NCBI GenBank assembly: GCA_031272035.1
Contig: JAISUO010000034.1
Span: forward strand, 790 to 64,789
Direction of reading: 5' to 3'
Source of the DNA: Synergistaceae bacterium
GTDB lineage: Bacteria; Synergistota; Synergistia; Synergistales; Aminobacteriaceae
Length of the DNA stretch: 64,000 nt
The first letter of the stretch is position 1. Each line of letters begins with the position of its first letter. Shown piece after piece: positions 46,562-54,801 of this stretch. Position numbers and translations under genes: made by a program. Below the pieces are notes generated by a model. It had not been told where the DNA came from. It was given only the letters and a program-made list of their open reading frames with translations, and ran no database searches.

Positions 46562-49500
46562 TTATTTTTTGATCTGCGCCTCCAGCTTTGGAATGAACGC
46601 CTCCACTTCCGGGTTCTTATGATATTTGAGGCTTTCCGTGTAACGGTTCAGCGCGTCCGCATATTTCCTGTTTCTGTAGAGATCGTTGGCCTCGTGCACC
46701 AGTTTGTTGGCCTTTTCCATATTCTTCAGGGCGACCTCCAGATGGTCGGCGAAATCCCTGACCTGCGGATTGTGGCTGAGTTTGTAGCTTTCTCTGTACT
46801 TGTCCAGCGCCTCCGCGTATTTTTTCTCTCTGTAGAGAGTGTTGCCGTCGCGGAAAAGAGCATCGGCCTGAACCAGGTCGATGGAGGAAACCTCTGTCGA
46901 CGTCTTTTCCTCGGCTTTCTTCGGGTAGACGTCTTCGGACAGGTCGTCGCTGGCGCTTTCGGAGGGAATTACGACGTTGGAAGCCGGCAGGGCGGATACC
47001 GGCGGAGACAGAGTCGCCTCAAGTTTCTTTATTTTCTCGGACAGATCCACGTCGTCCGGTGTTTTCTGAAGGGCGCGTCTGTAGCGTTCCAGGGCGTCTT
47101 TGGGCCTTTTCTGCTTCAGAAGATTGTCCCCTTCTTTGGTCAGAGCCTGAGCCGCGGTGGCATCCGCGTTTCTCACGTAGATGTCCGCCTTTTCGTCGTA
47201 ATCGTATTTCAGACTTTCACGATACTTCTCCGTCGCGTCCGCAGGTCTTTTCTTTTTGATCAGAGCCTCGGCGTCCTTTCGCAGTCTCGCTCCCTCGGAC
47301 TGAGCGAAACGTTTCGTTTCCTGCTGAAGGATTTTTTCCAGTTCTTCGTCTCCTCGAAGGAGAAGGCTTTCTCTGTATTTCTCCAGCGCCTCGGAGGTTT
47401 TTTTGTTCTTCAGTAGGGAATCTCCCTCCCTGCGCAGGGCGTCGGCGCGCTCCTTCACCACTTTTTCCTCCTCGCTCCGCTCCATGATAAGGGCCATATA
47501 AGCCGTGAGCTGAGGATCGGGAAAGAGTTTCCGGCTCTGTTCATAGAGCTTCAGCGCGTCAGAGTATCGCTTTTTATCGATCAGAGCGTCGGCCTTCGCC
47601 CGCAGGTCCCCCGCCTTCGCCAGAGTCGTTTTTTCTTCAAGAATTTCGCGGTTCAGTCGCGCCACGTCTTTGCTGGTCATGTCGTTTTTTTCGAGCAGAA
47701 GGCTGTCCTGGAGACGAAGCAGCGCTTCAATTTTACGTCCCTGTTCCAGCAGCGCCCCTCCCTCCGCACGCAGTCGGGCCGCCAGATTTGCGCTGGCGCG
47801 GACTTTTTCCTCCGCTTCCTTCAGGGCAAGTTTCATTTCCGTCGTTATTGCCCCGGGTCGCAGAGCTTCCGCCTCCTGCGCCCGGCTTTCGGCTTCTTCA
47901 TATTCGCCGGTGGAGAGCAGCCAGGTGCTTTCCGAGAGAAGGCGAGCAGAAAGTTCCATTTTTTCGAAGTCTTCCTTCATTTGTTTCACGCCGAAGGTCA
48001 CGTCGGGGTCGCCGGGGTCGAGGACGGAAGCCTGAACCGCCGTTTCCAGGGCTTTCAGGTGCCGGTCTTCTTTCCACAGGTCCAGGGCCTTCAGCCAGGT
48101 CTCCCAGGCAAGCGCGCGTCGGGCGTCCCGGGTGACGTCGCTTTTGTTCACGATGATCGGTATGCTGAGTTTCCCTTCTCCAAGAACGATGCCCCGGGCA
48201 TCCTTCGCAACGGCCGTCAGTTTCGCGGTGCCGGGAAGCACTCGGCGGACCAGGGCTGCGTTGTCGCCGGAGGCCAGAATGGAGGAGTCCGAATCCACCG
48301 TCCAGAGCCAGGAGACCGCTCCGTCCGGCAGAGGCGAGAGACTGGCCTGAACTTCGATGGGAGTTTCCGTGACAAATTCGTGAACTTCCTCCAGACGTTT
48401 CTGGTTTGCGTTCCACAGGAGAGCGTTTTTTCTGCCCTCGTTTGCGGTGAGGCTGACGCTCCAGTCCTCTGCGGTGAGAGAAAGGGTTCGCTGCAGAGAG
48501 ACCGTATCCGTTCCCTTTCGCAGGACGGAAAGTTCAACCGTCACCGGCAGATCGTTCGCCGGATAAAAGGAATAGGTCTTTCCCTCGGAGCCGGGATTTC
48601 CGTCCCGGATGTTCCCCTGAACCTTCCAGCGGAACTCCGCGTCTTCGATGTTTCCGTTGTCGACGCGAATAAGGGTGCGCTGTCCTCGTCGGGGCAGGGA
48701 CGGCACGGCCCTCAGGACTGGAGGATTTGCCTGCAGAGCGGCGAGCCAGGCCGCTTCGATTCTGCTCTTTTGGACTTTGCTCAGAAGCTGGGCGGATTCA
48801 TCGCTGGAGGCCAGAGCCAGAGAAGCGGTCAGTTTTTCCTCGGCCAGTTCAAGGCGCGACTCCCTTTCCAGAATGACGGCCTCCCTGTAAAGTTCTCCGG
48901 CCCGGGCCAGAGTGATGGCATCTTCGCTGACGCGTCCGCGCAACACCTGAATCGAACGGAGAACGTTGTCGTCAATCCAGACGCTCTCGCTTTCGATGAA
49001 AAGATCGAGGGCTTTTTCCAGATTCCCCTCGGCTTCGGCTTTGCGGGCCTCACCGGCCAGTCCCGCGGCCCGACCGATTTTTTCATTTCTCGTTTTGATG
49101 GTCTGTTCAAGGCGCTGTATGAGTGAGAAATTTTCCTTCCCAGGGAAAATCGACTCGCTTCTGCGGGCAAGGGCCAGGGCTTCGTCCAGTCGGCCCTGTT
49201 TTTCGGCTTCTCTGGCCTGTTCCGCGAGAATTTTCGCTTCCGTTCGATGTTTGTTTCGCGTTTCGATGCGCCGGGCCAGCTGCGTCATACGGGTCTGAGT
49301 GTCGGATTCCCGACGTACGTTTTGAGCGCGATGGTAGCGGTTCATGGCCTCTTCCAGACGACCTTCAACCTCCAGACGCTCCGCTTCCTTCACCAGCGCC
49401 GCGACCTGGGAGATCTGAGCCTGAATGGCGGCAATGTGAGTTTTCACCCGTTCCCTCGACCGCTGGGAGACGGCGTTGGACCAAAGTCCGGCCGCCTGGG

Positions 49501-51058
49501 AGTATTTCTCCAGAGCCTGCTCCAGAAGCTGCACGTTTCCCTGATTTTCCAGCCCGCGAGCCTCCAGTTCCGCGGCCTCAGCGGTCAGGCGTTCCGCCTC
49601 GTTTCTGCGGCTTTGCTGAAGCTGCAGGGCGGAACGAATCCGTTCCAGGTCGTCGCCGGTTTCCGGAAGGGAGTAAATTTCACGGGATTCGGTCATTTTG
49701 GAGAGCGCGTTTTCCAGATCTCCCTGAGATTCCAGGATCAGCGCGATGTCCCGCACGGTTTTCGCTTCTTCCATTTTTCTCCGGCGAGCCCTGAAACGCC
49801 CCTCCACGTCCATCCGGGCGGCATGTACGAGGGGGTCGGAGAAGAGAAGCAGGCTTTCTTCGTATTTCTTCAGGGCGCTTTCGAACTCATCTTTTTCCGC
49901 CAGGGCATCGGCCTCCTTCGCCAGTGCCGCGGCGCTTTCCCGGGCCTTCTTCGTCCGGTTCAGAATTCCTTCCAGATCTTCAATGCTTTGCGCCGTCCGG
50001 GAGTCGGGATAGAGGGCCTGGGCCTGACGATACTGCATAAGGGCGTCCTCCGGTCTGCCGTCGCGCCACAGAGCCGCCGCGCTGGAGCCGAGAGCCAGTG
50101 CGTTGAGGTAATTGTCCCTTGCCTGACTGAGTCTGTCCAGATCCTTACGCAGAGCGCTTTCGTCCATTCCCGCCAGGATCAGTTCTTCCGAGGCCAGACG
50201 GGCAAGGCGCAGGGCGTTTTCCGCCTCGTCTCTTTTCTGCGCCAGAGCCAGGGCCTTCTGCCACTGCTCCCAGCCCTTCTGCAGCCTGAGGCTGCGCTTC
50301 AGGTCTTCGGCGGAGAATTGAACATCGAAGCTGGTTCGGGCATCTCCCAGTTCGATGCCCTTTTCGTCGAGGATACGGACGGAAAGAACGCCGACTCCCG
50401 TTGTTTCTCGATAAACGGAAACGCGGTTATCCTTTTGGGAAGTGAGAGTGACGCCCTCGCCGGGGCTCCAGACCCAACGGAGATTCTTCGTATCCCGGGA
50501 AGGGCTGAGGACGGCTTCCAGAGAGATGGGGCTTTCCGTGGCGAGTCCCTGGAGCTCCTTCAGTCTTTTCGATTCGTCGTCCCAGATTTTGATTTTTTCG
50601 TCTCCGGAGGACGGGACAGTACGAAGGGTGACGGTGTATCTTTGGGGTATGACGGTCACGGAGGCGTTGTCGACGGTCTCTCCCCCCACCCGATTCCACA
50701 GGGTCGCGGAAATCGTCGTGGAACCCTCTCGGGCTTCCCAGCACACTTCTCTTTCGGAGAGACTGCGAATTCCCTCCGCCTCCCCCCGCCAGTCCCAGTA
50801 AACCCCCTGTCGGGCGGGGTTGAAGTCCGGAATGGCGGCGGTAATCGTTACGGTCTCTCCCCGAAAAGGACGCTCGGGAACGACTTTGAGCACAAATCCT
50901 CCTTTTGAGGATTTGATTTCTTCCGCCCCTTCCGCCCCGGGCAGAAGAGCTCCCGCGGGAAGGAAACCCGTGCAGAGAAGAAGAAAGAGGGTCAACTGTA
51001 AAAAAAGGCGCGATAATGAAGAAAGAAGAGGTAAAAATACAAAAGAAATTTTTTTCAT
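46562..51058 (-). CDS. Giant secreted protein: two (Ig-like pair + W-rich helix) modules, each followed by long TPR/Sel1-like helical repeats
   Basis: The ORF is 1530 aa in the track. The probable start is the ATG at 51058 (MKKISFVFLPLL..., signal peptide). Recurrent repeats of the type ALEKYRESLLL, ALKLYEQSRKLFPDP and ALNRYTESLKYHKNPEVEAF. Paralogous to 52588..54546. Confidence 0.75.
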   Translation of the reverse strand: MKKISFVFLPLLSSLSRLFLQLTLFLLLCTGFLPAGALLPGAEGAEEIKSSKGGFVLKVVPERPFRGETVTITAAIPDFNPARQGVYWDWRGEAEGIRSLSEREVCWEAREGSTTISATLWNRVGGETVDNASVTVIPQRYTVTLRTVPSSGDEKIKIWDDESKRLKELQGLATESPISLEAVLSPSRDTKNLRWVWSPGEGVTLTSQKDNRVSVYRETTGVGVLSVRILDEKGIELGDARTSFDVQFSAEDLKRSLRLQKGWEQWQKALALAQKRDEAENALRLARLASEELILAGMDESALRKDLDRLSQARDNYLNALALGSSAAALWRDGRPEDALMQYRQAQALYPDSRTAQSIEDLEGILNRTKKARESAAALAKEADALAEKDEFESALKKYEESLLLFSDPLVHAARMDVEGRFRARRRKMEEAKTVRDIALILESQGDLENALSKMTESREIYSLPETGDDLERIRSALQLQQSRRNEAERLTAEAAELEARGLENQGNVQLLEQALEKYSQAAGLWSNAVSQRSRERVKTHIAAIQAQISQVAALVKEAERLEVEGRLEEAMNRYHRAQNVRRESDTQTRMTQLARRIETRNKHRTEAKILAEQAREAEKQGRLDEALALARRSESIFPGKENFSLIQRLEQTIKTRNEKIGRAAGLAGEARKAEAEGNLEKALDLFIESESVWIDDNVLRSIQVLRGRVSEDAITLARAGELYREAVILERESRLELAEEKLTASLALASSDESAQLLSKVQKSRIEAAWLAALQANPPVLRAVPSLPRRGQRTLIRVDNGNIEDAEFRWKVQGNIRDGNPGSEGKTYSFYPANDLPVTVELSVLRKGTDTVSLQRTLSLTAEDWSVSLTANEGRKNALLWNANQKRLEEVHEFVTETPIEVQASLSPLPDGAVSWLWTVDSDSSILASGDNAALVRRVLPGTAKLTAVAKDARGIVLGEGKLSIPIIVNKSDVTRDARRALAWETWLKALDLWKEDRHLKALETAVQASVLDPGDPDVTFGVKQMKEDFEKMELSARLLSESTWLLSTGEYEEAESRAQEAEALRPGAITTEMKLALKEAEEKVRASANLAARLRAEGGALLEQGRKIEALLRLQDSLLLEKNDMTSKDVARLNREILEEKTTLAKAGDLRAKADALIDKKRYSDALKLYEQSRKLFPDPQLTAYMALIMERSEEEKVVKERADALRREGDSLLKNKKTSEALEKYRESLLLRGDEELEKILQQETKRFAQSEGARLRKDAEALIKKKRPADATEKYRESLKYDYDEKADIYVRNADATAAQALTKEGDNLLKQKRPKDALERYRRALQKTPDDVDLSEKIKKLEATLSPPVSALPASNVVIPSESASDDLSEDVYPKKAEEKTSTEVSSIDLVQADALFRDGNTLYREKKYAEALDKYRESYKLSHNPQVRDFADHLEVALKNMEKANKLVHEANDLYRNRKYADALNRYTESLKYHKNPEVEAFIPKLEAQIKK

Positions 51059-51172
51059 TTTCTCGAGTTTCCTTTCAATATTCCCTTCGGTTTTTTCAAA
51101 AGTATCACAATTGTTTCTGCCGAAAGCGCAGTCCGAAGGAGTACAGGGGAACACTTTGGCCTGGTGGAGTTG

Positions 51173-51679
51173 TCAGGCGGGGTTTAAAATGGAAGGATCT
51201 GCGGTGAAAAGGGTCAATTCTCCACTTTCATCCCACCTGAGCAGCAGAGTCAAAGGGTCTCGAATTTGAACGCTGGTCCGTACGGGGCGGAGGTTGGCTC
51301 CCTCGCGCTCCAGAATGAAAAACGTAAAGCGGTCCCTGTCCATGGTGCGGAATTCCTCTCTCAGGGCGACCAGGTTGAGGGGAAGGACGGTGATTTTCGT
51401 CCCCGCGTCAAGGATGGGCTCCCAGATTCTCCGGTCGGTCGCGGAAAGCAGCTTCGACAGGGCGATCGCCGCAGGTGGAGTCATCCATTCAGCATCGGTT
51501 TTTTCAACTGAAGTCCGTTCAGTCGGAGCCTGTTCAGTTGCAGTCCGTTCAGTTGAAGTTTGTTCCGGAGCCTGTTCGGCCGGAGTCCCTTCAGTGGGGA
51601 AAGAAAGCGTCTCCGGTTCGAGATGCACCTCTCCCGTTTTCAGATAATCTTTGAGGCTGGGTCTCCTCTTTCTAGTCAT
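51173..51679 (-). CDS. Hypothetical ParA-partner-like protein (basic N-terminus, T/E/Q/A/P-rich disordered centre, globular C-terminus)
   Basis: The ATG at 51679 overlaps the ParA-like stop by 8 nt. The N-terminus is MTRKRRPSLKDYLK, followed by the repeats TERTATEQAPTERTS. I recognise no ParB/HTH motif. Confidence 0.5.
   Translation of the reverse strand: MTRKRRPSLKDYLKTGEVHLEPETLSFPTEGTPAEQAPEQTSTERTATEQAPTERTSVEKTDAEWMTPPAAIALSKLLSATDRRIWEPILDAGTKITVLPLNLVALREEFRTMDRDRFTFFILEREGANLRPVRTSVQIRDPLTLLLRWDESGELTLFTADPSILNPA
51505..51600. repeat. Imperfect intragenic tandem repeats
   Basis: GTCCGTTCAGT at 51513 and 51543; CGGAGCCTGTTC at 51524 and 51566. They encode the TERT / EQAP repeats of the partner protein. 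Confidence 0.8.
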
Positions 51680-52439
51680 GGATATTGCACCTCCTGAGAA
51701 ATTCACGGGCGACCCGTTCGTAATCCCGGGCGCCGTTGCTCGAGAGGTCGTAGGAAAAGATGGAGACTCCGAGACTGCCGGCCTCCGTCAGGCTGATATT
51801 TTGACGAATGTAGGCCTCGAAAAGCAGAGAACCGAAGAAACTGCGCACCTCTTTGGCCACCTCCCGATAGATGAATACGTTGGGGCTGTGTCGGGTAAAC
51901 AGCACTCCCAGCAGAGAGAGGTCGGGGTTCAGGCGTTCTCTGAAAAGAGGAATGGCCTCGTTCAGGAGCTTTAACCCCGCCAGGCTGTAAAATCCTCCGT
52001 CCATGGGGATGACGAGATGCTTCGCTGCCGCCAGAACGTTGCGCGTGAAAATCCCCAGCTGAGGGGGACTGTCGAAAAAAAGGAAATCGTAGCGGTCCGG
52101 ATCGATGTTTTCGACGGCTTCCTTCAGAAGGGTGTCCCTTCCGATCTGTCCCTCCGGGTGAAGTTCCACCATGACCAGATCCAGAGTCCCTGGAACAATG
52201 TCTACTTCCTCCCGGCGCAGGACGACTTCGTCCCATCTGGCGGAGCCCGTCAGAAAATCGACGATATGAAGCTGCTCCGGGGTCACTTCAATGCCGAAGC
52301 TGGTGCTGAGGTTGGCCTGGGGATCCATATCCATAACCGCCACTCGTTTGTGAAGGCGTGCAAGAGCAACAGCCATATTCTGACACGCCGTCGTTTTTCC
52401 AACGCCGCCCTTCAGATTGCAAAACCCGACGGTTATCAT
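51672..52439 (-). CDS. ParA/MinD-family P-loop ATPase (orphan, no ParB)
   Basis: Deviant Walker A NLKGGVGKTT, A' motif VAVMDMDPQ, Walker B DFLFFDSPP. The ATG at 52439 lies 8 nt after GGGGGA. Confidence 0.9.
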   Translation of the reverse strand: MITVGFCNLKGGVGKTTACQNMAVALARLHKRVAVMDMDPQANLSTSFGIEVTPEQLHIVDFLTGSARWDEVVLRREEVDIVPGTLDLVMVELHPEGQIGRDTLLKEAVENIDPDRYDFLFFDSPPQLGIFTRNVLAAAKHLVIPMDGGFYSLAGLKLLNEAIPLFRERLNPDLSLLGVLFTRHSPNVFIYREVAKEVRSFFGSLLFEAYIRQNISLTEAGSLGVSIFSYDLSSNGARDYERVAREFLRRCNIHD

Positions 52440-52587
52440 GCACAATTCCCCCTTTAAGCAGGAGAATACCATAATATACGGATATAAAAAGCCGTAGTCT
52501 TTATTGTTTTGCTCTCTTCAGGCCTCTTTTTTCAGATTTTCTGTTTCCAGGTACAATAAAGAAAAACCTGGCAGTAACAAAAAAACG

Positions 52588-54546
52588 CTACCTGGGATTC
52601 GACGCGGCCGTTGCCGGTCCCGCCGCGGCCGTCGGGACGATGTCGGCGCTCCCGAGCGTGCTTTCGATATGCCGCGTGAAGTTTTCGACCTCGGCATTGG
52701 CGTGAACGGAGAGGCTTTCCCTGTATTTCGCCAGAGCTTCGGCGTATCTGCCCTCATTATAAAGGCTGTTTGCCTCTTTTATAAGGACGTTGGCTTTCAG
52801 GACGGATTCGTACTCCCGGAGGGATGTTTCCACCCGACTGATCCAGTCCGAGAGCCGGGGATCCCTGGATATGGCGTAACTCTTGCGGTAGGAGTCCAAA
52901 GCCTCCCTGTATTTGCCCTGCTTGTACAGAGCGTGGCCTTCCTGCAAAAGGCGCATGGCATCCGCCTGAGTCCCTATTCCGAAATCCTCCGGAGCGCGGA
53001 CGACCTGCGTCGAGGACGATTTCACGGTCTTTTCCAGAGCGGCGATCTGTTTGGCCAGAGCGTCGTCCGGCCACAGAGCCTGGCTTTCCTTGAAACGAAC
53101 CAGGGCCTGCGCGTTCTGATTTTTCTTCTGAAGGTCGGCGGCCTCTCGGCGTAACGCGGCGGCTCGGGTCCGACGTTCCTTGATGGCCTCTTCCAGATCC
53201 TGGGCGTGACTCTCCACACTGGATACCGCTTCCAGTTTCAGGCTGTCTCTGTATTTCTCCAGAGCTTCCGTGAGCCTGCCCTCCGCTTCCAGTTTTTCTC
53301 CCTCCGAGGCAAGGGAGTTCGCCTGGGCGATGGAGGCCAGGCGCTTTTCGATGCGGTCGGCCCTTTGCGCCACGCCATCGTCGGGAACGAGGGCCATCGT
53401 TTCCCTGTAATATTTCAGGGCATCTTCAAAGAGGTTTTCCTGGTCGTAAGCGGCGGCCGTGTCCTTCAGCCACTCCGCTTTCTGACGCCGGATGCGCGCC
53501 TCGTCGATTTCCACCTCCAGCGCCCGGATGTTGCTCTCGATGTCTTCCAGGGGCCAGGCGGCGTAGGCCCGGCGCATAACCTTGAGGGCCTCCACCGGCT
53601 TGTGTTCATTTTGCAGGGAGGCGGCGTCGGCGCTGAGTTTCCGGGAACGTTCCACCCGGTTGAAGTTGGCGGTCATGCTCCTGAGACCGTCGGAAATTTC
53701 CAGGGTCTCGGGGTCGTTCTCCGCCGCTTCTCTGGCCCGGACGATGGCGTTATCGAAGTTTTTCGCGTCCCACATGTCCAGTGCCTCGGTCCACTGCCCC
53801 CAGGCTTTTCTGCGTCGAATGGAATCGTCCACTCTCGATCGGGCTATGGGAACGTTCACGCTTTTTTCACCATGTCCCAGCACCGTTCCCGAAGCCGTGG
53901 AAACCACGACGGAAAGCACCGCATCGCCGATTTCGTTCCGCACCACCGTGACCTCGTTTTTCTCTCCGCCTTCCCGAATGGCCGTGGAGGCATCGGTGTT
54001 CCAGCGGCATTGGATTCCATCCTTGAATGTGGGGGTCAGGGCCACGGTGAAACGGATGGGTTCTCCGGCGATCAGCCCTTCGGCGGGGACGTCCTGCTTT
54101 TTGTTCACGTCCCACAGCAGGAAGGGATCGGGTTTGATCATGACCACCTCCACGTTGAACTCTTTGGCTTTTACGGAGATGTTTGCCGTCCCCAGCGAAT
54201 CGCCATCGGGTCCGGAGGCGGAAACGGCCGCGATCACCGGCTCGGTGTCCACCGGTGTGAAACGGCACTCAAGCCCTCCTTTACGAAGAGAGATCGGTTT
54301 GGCGTTTCCCTCGAAGGACCAGTCGTAAACGACGCCCTCCTGTCCCAAAGCGTCCCCCTTCAGGGAAAGAACCACCTCGCAGCCGATGTAGGCCTCTTCC
54401 TGCTGTTCGATGCGAAGAGCCTCAGCCCCCTCGGTGGAAACGGGAGCCGCAATCAACAAAGCCGCGGCCAGAAGCAGGGACGTCTTTGAGAAGAATTTCA
54501 AAAACAGGTTCTTTATCATTTTTTCTGTCTTTTTTGCGCGTTTCAC
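52588..54546 (-). CDS. Secreted Ig-like pair + TPR/Sel1-like repeat protein, paralogue of 46562..51058
   Basis: The GTG at 54546 follows GGAAGG. Signal peptide KRAKKTEKMIKNLFLKFFSKTSLLLAAALLIAAPVS. Same module order and same C-terminal repeat type (ALDSYRKSYAISRDPRLSDW, ALAKYRESLSVHANAEVENF). Confidence 0.75.
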   Translation of the reverse strand: MKRAKKTEKMIKNLFLKFFSKTSLLLAAALLIAAPVSTEGAEALRIEQQEEAYIGCEVVLSLKGDALGQEGVVYDWSFEGNAKPISLRKGGLECRFTPVDTEPVIAAVSASGPDGDSLGTANISVKAKEFNVEVVMIKPDPFLLWDVNKKQDVPAEGLIAGEPIRFTVALTPTFKDGIQCRWNTDASTAIREGGEKNEVTVVRNEIGDAVLSVVVSTASGTVLGHGEKSVNVPIARSRVDDSIRRRKAWGQWTEALDMWDAKNFDNAIVRAREAAENDPETLEISDGLRSMTANFNRVERSRKLSADAASLQNEHKPVEALKVMRRAYAAWPLEDIESNIRALEVEIDEARIRRQKAEWLKDTAAAYDQENLFEDALKYYRETMALVPDDGVAQRADRIEKRLASIAQANSLASEGEKLEAEGRLTEALEKYRDSLKLEAVSSVESHAQDLEEAIKERRTRAAALRREAADLQKKNQNAQALVRFKESQALWPDDALAKQIAALEKTVKSSSTQVVRAPEDFGIGTQADAMRLLQEGHALYKQGKYREALDSYRKSYAISRDPRLSDWISRVETSLREYESVLKANVLIKEANSLYNEGRYAEALAKYRESLSVHANAEVENFTRHIESTLGSADIVPTAAAGPATAASNPR

Positions 54547-54801
54547 TGTGATACCTTCCTTTCGGGTAATCAGGGATAAGCCTTGCACGGGTTATTCCTC
54601 CCCAGTTTTGATTTGTCCAAAAAAAATACCGAATTTTAGGAGACCATTTAGGACGATTTTACGATATTTCGAAAAGAAAATCCAATTTCTCTGTGGTAAA
54701 GTATGCGCGTTGTTTTTCGAATGCGCTTGGGCGACGTGTCTGGAGGCAGGTTGCAGTCCGGAGACGATGGGGTCGCTTCACACAGGGAGGTTTGGAGAAG
54801 G

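Noticed and set aside
47981-50908. Several long plus-strand ORFs (381 and 553 aa) inside the giant TPR gene
   Set aside because: They are antisense frames of a repeat-rich GC-rich gene. They have no starts with an RBS and low-complexity translations.
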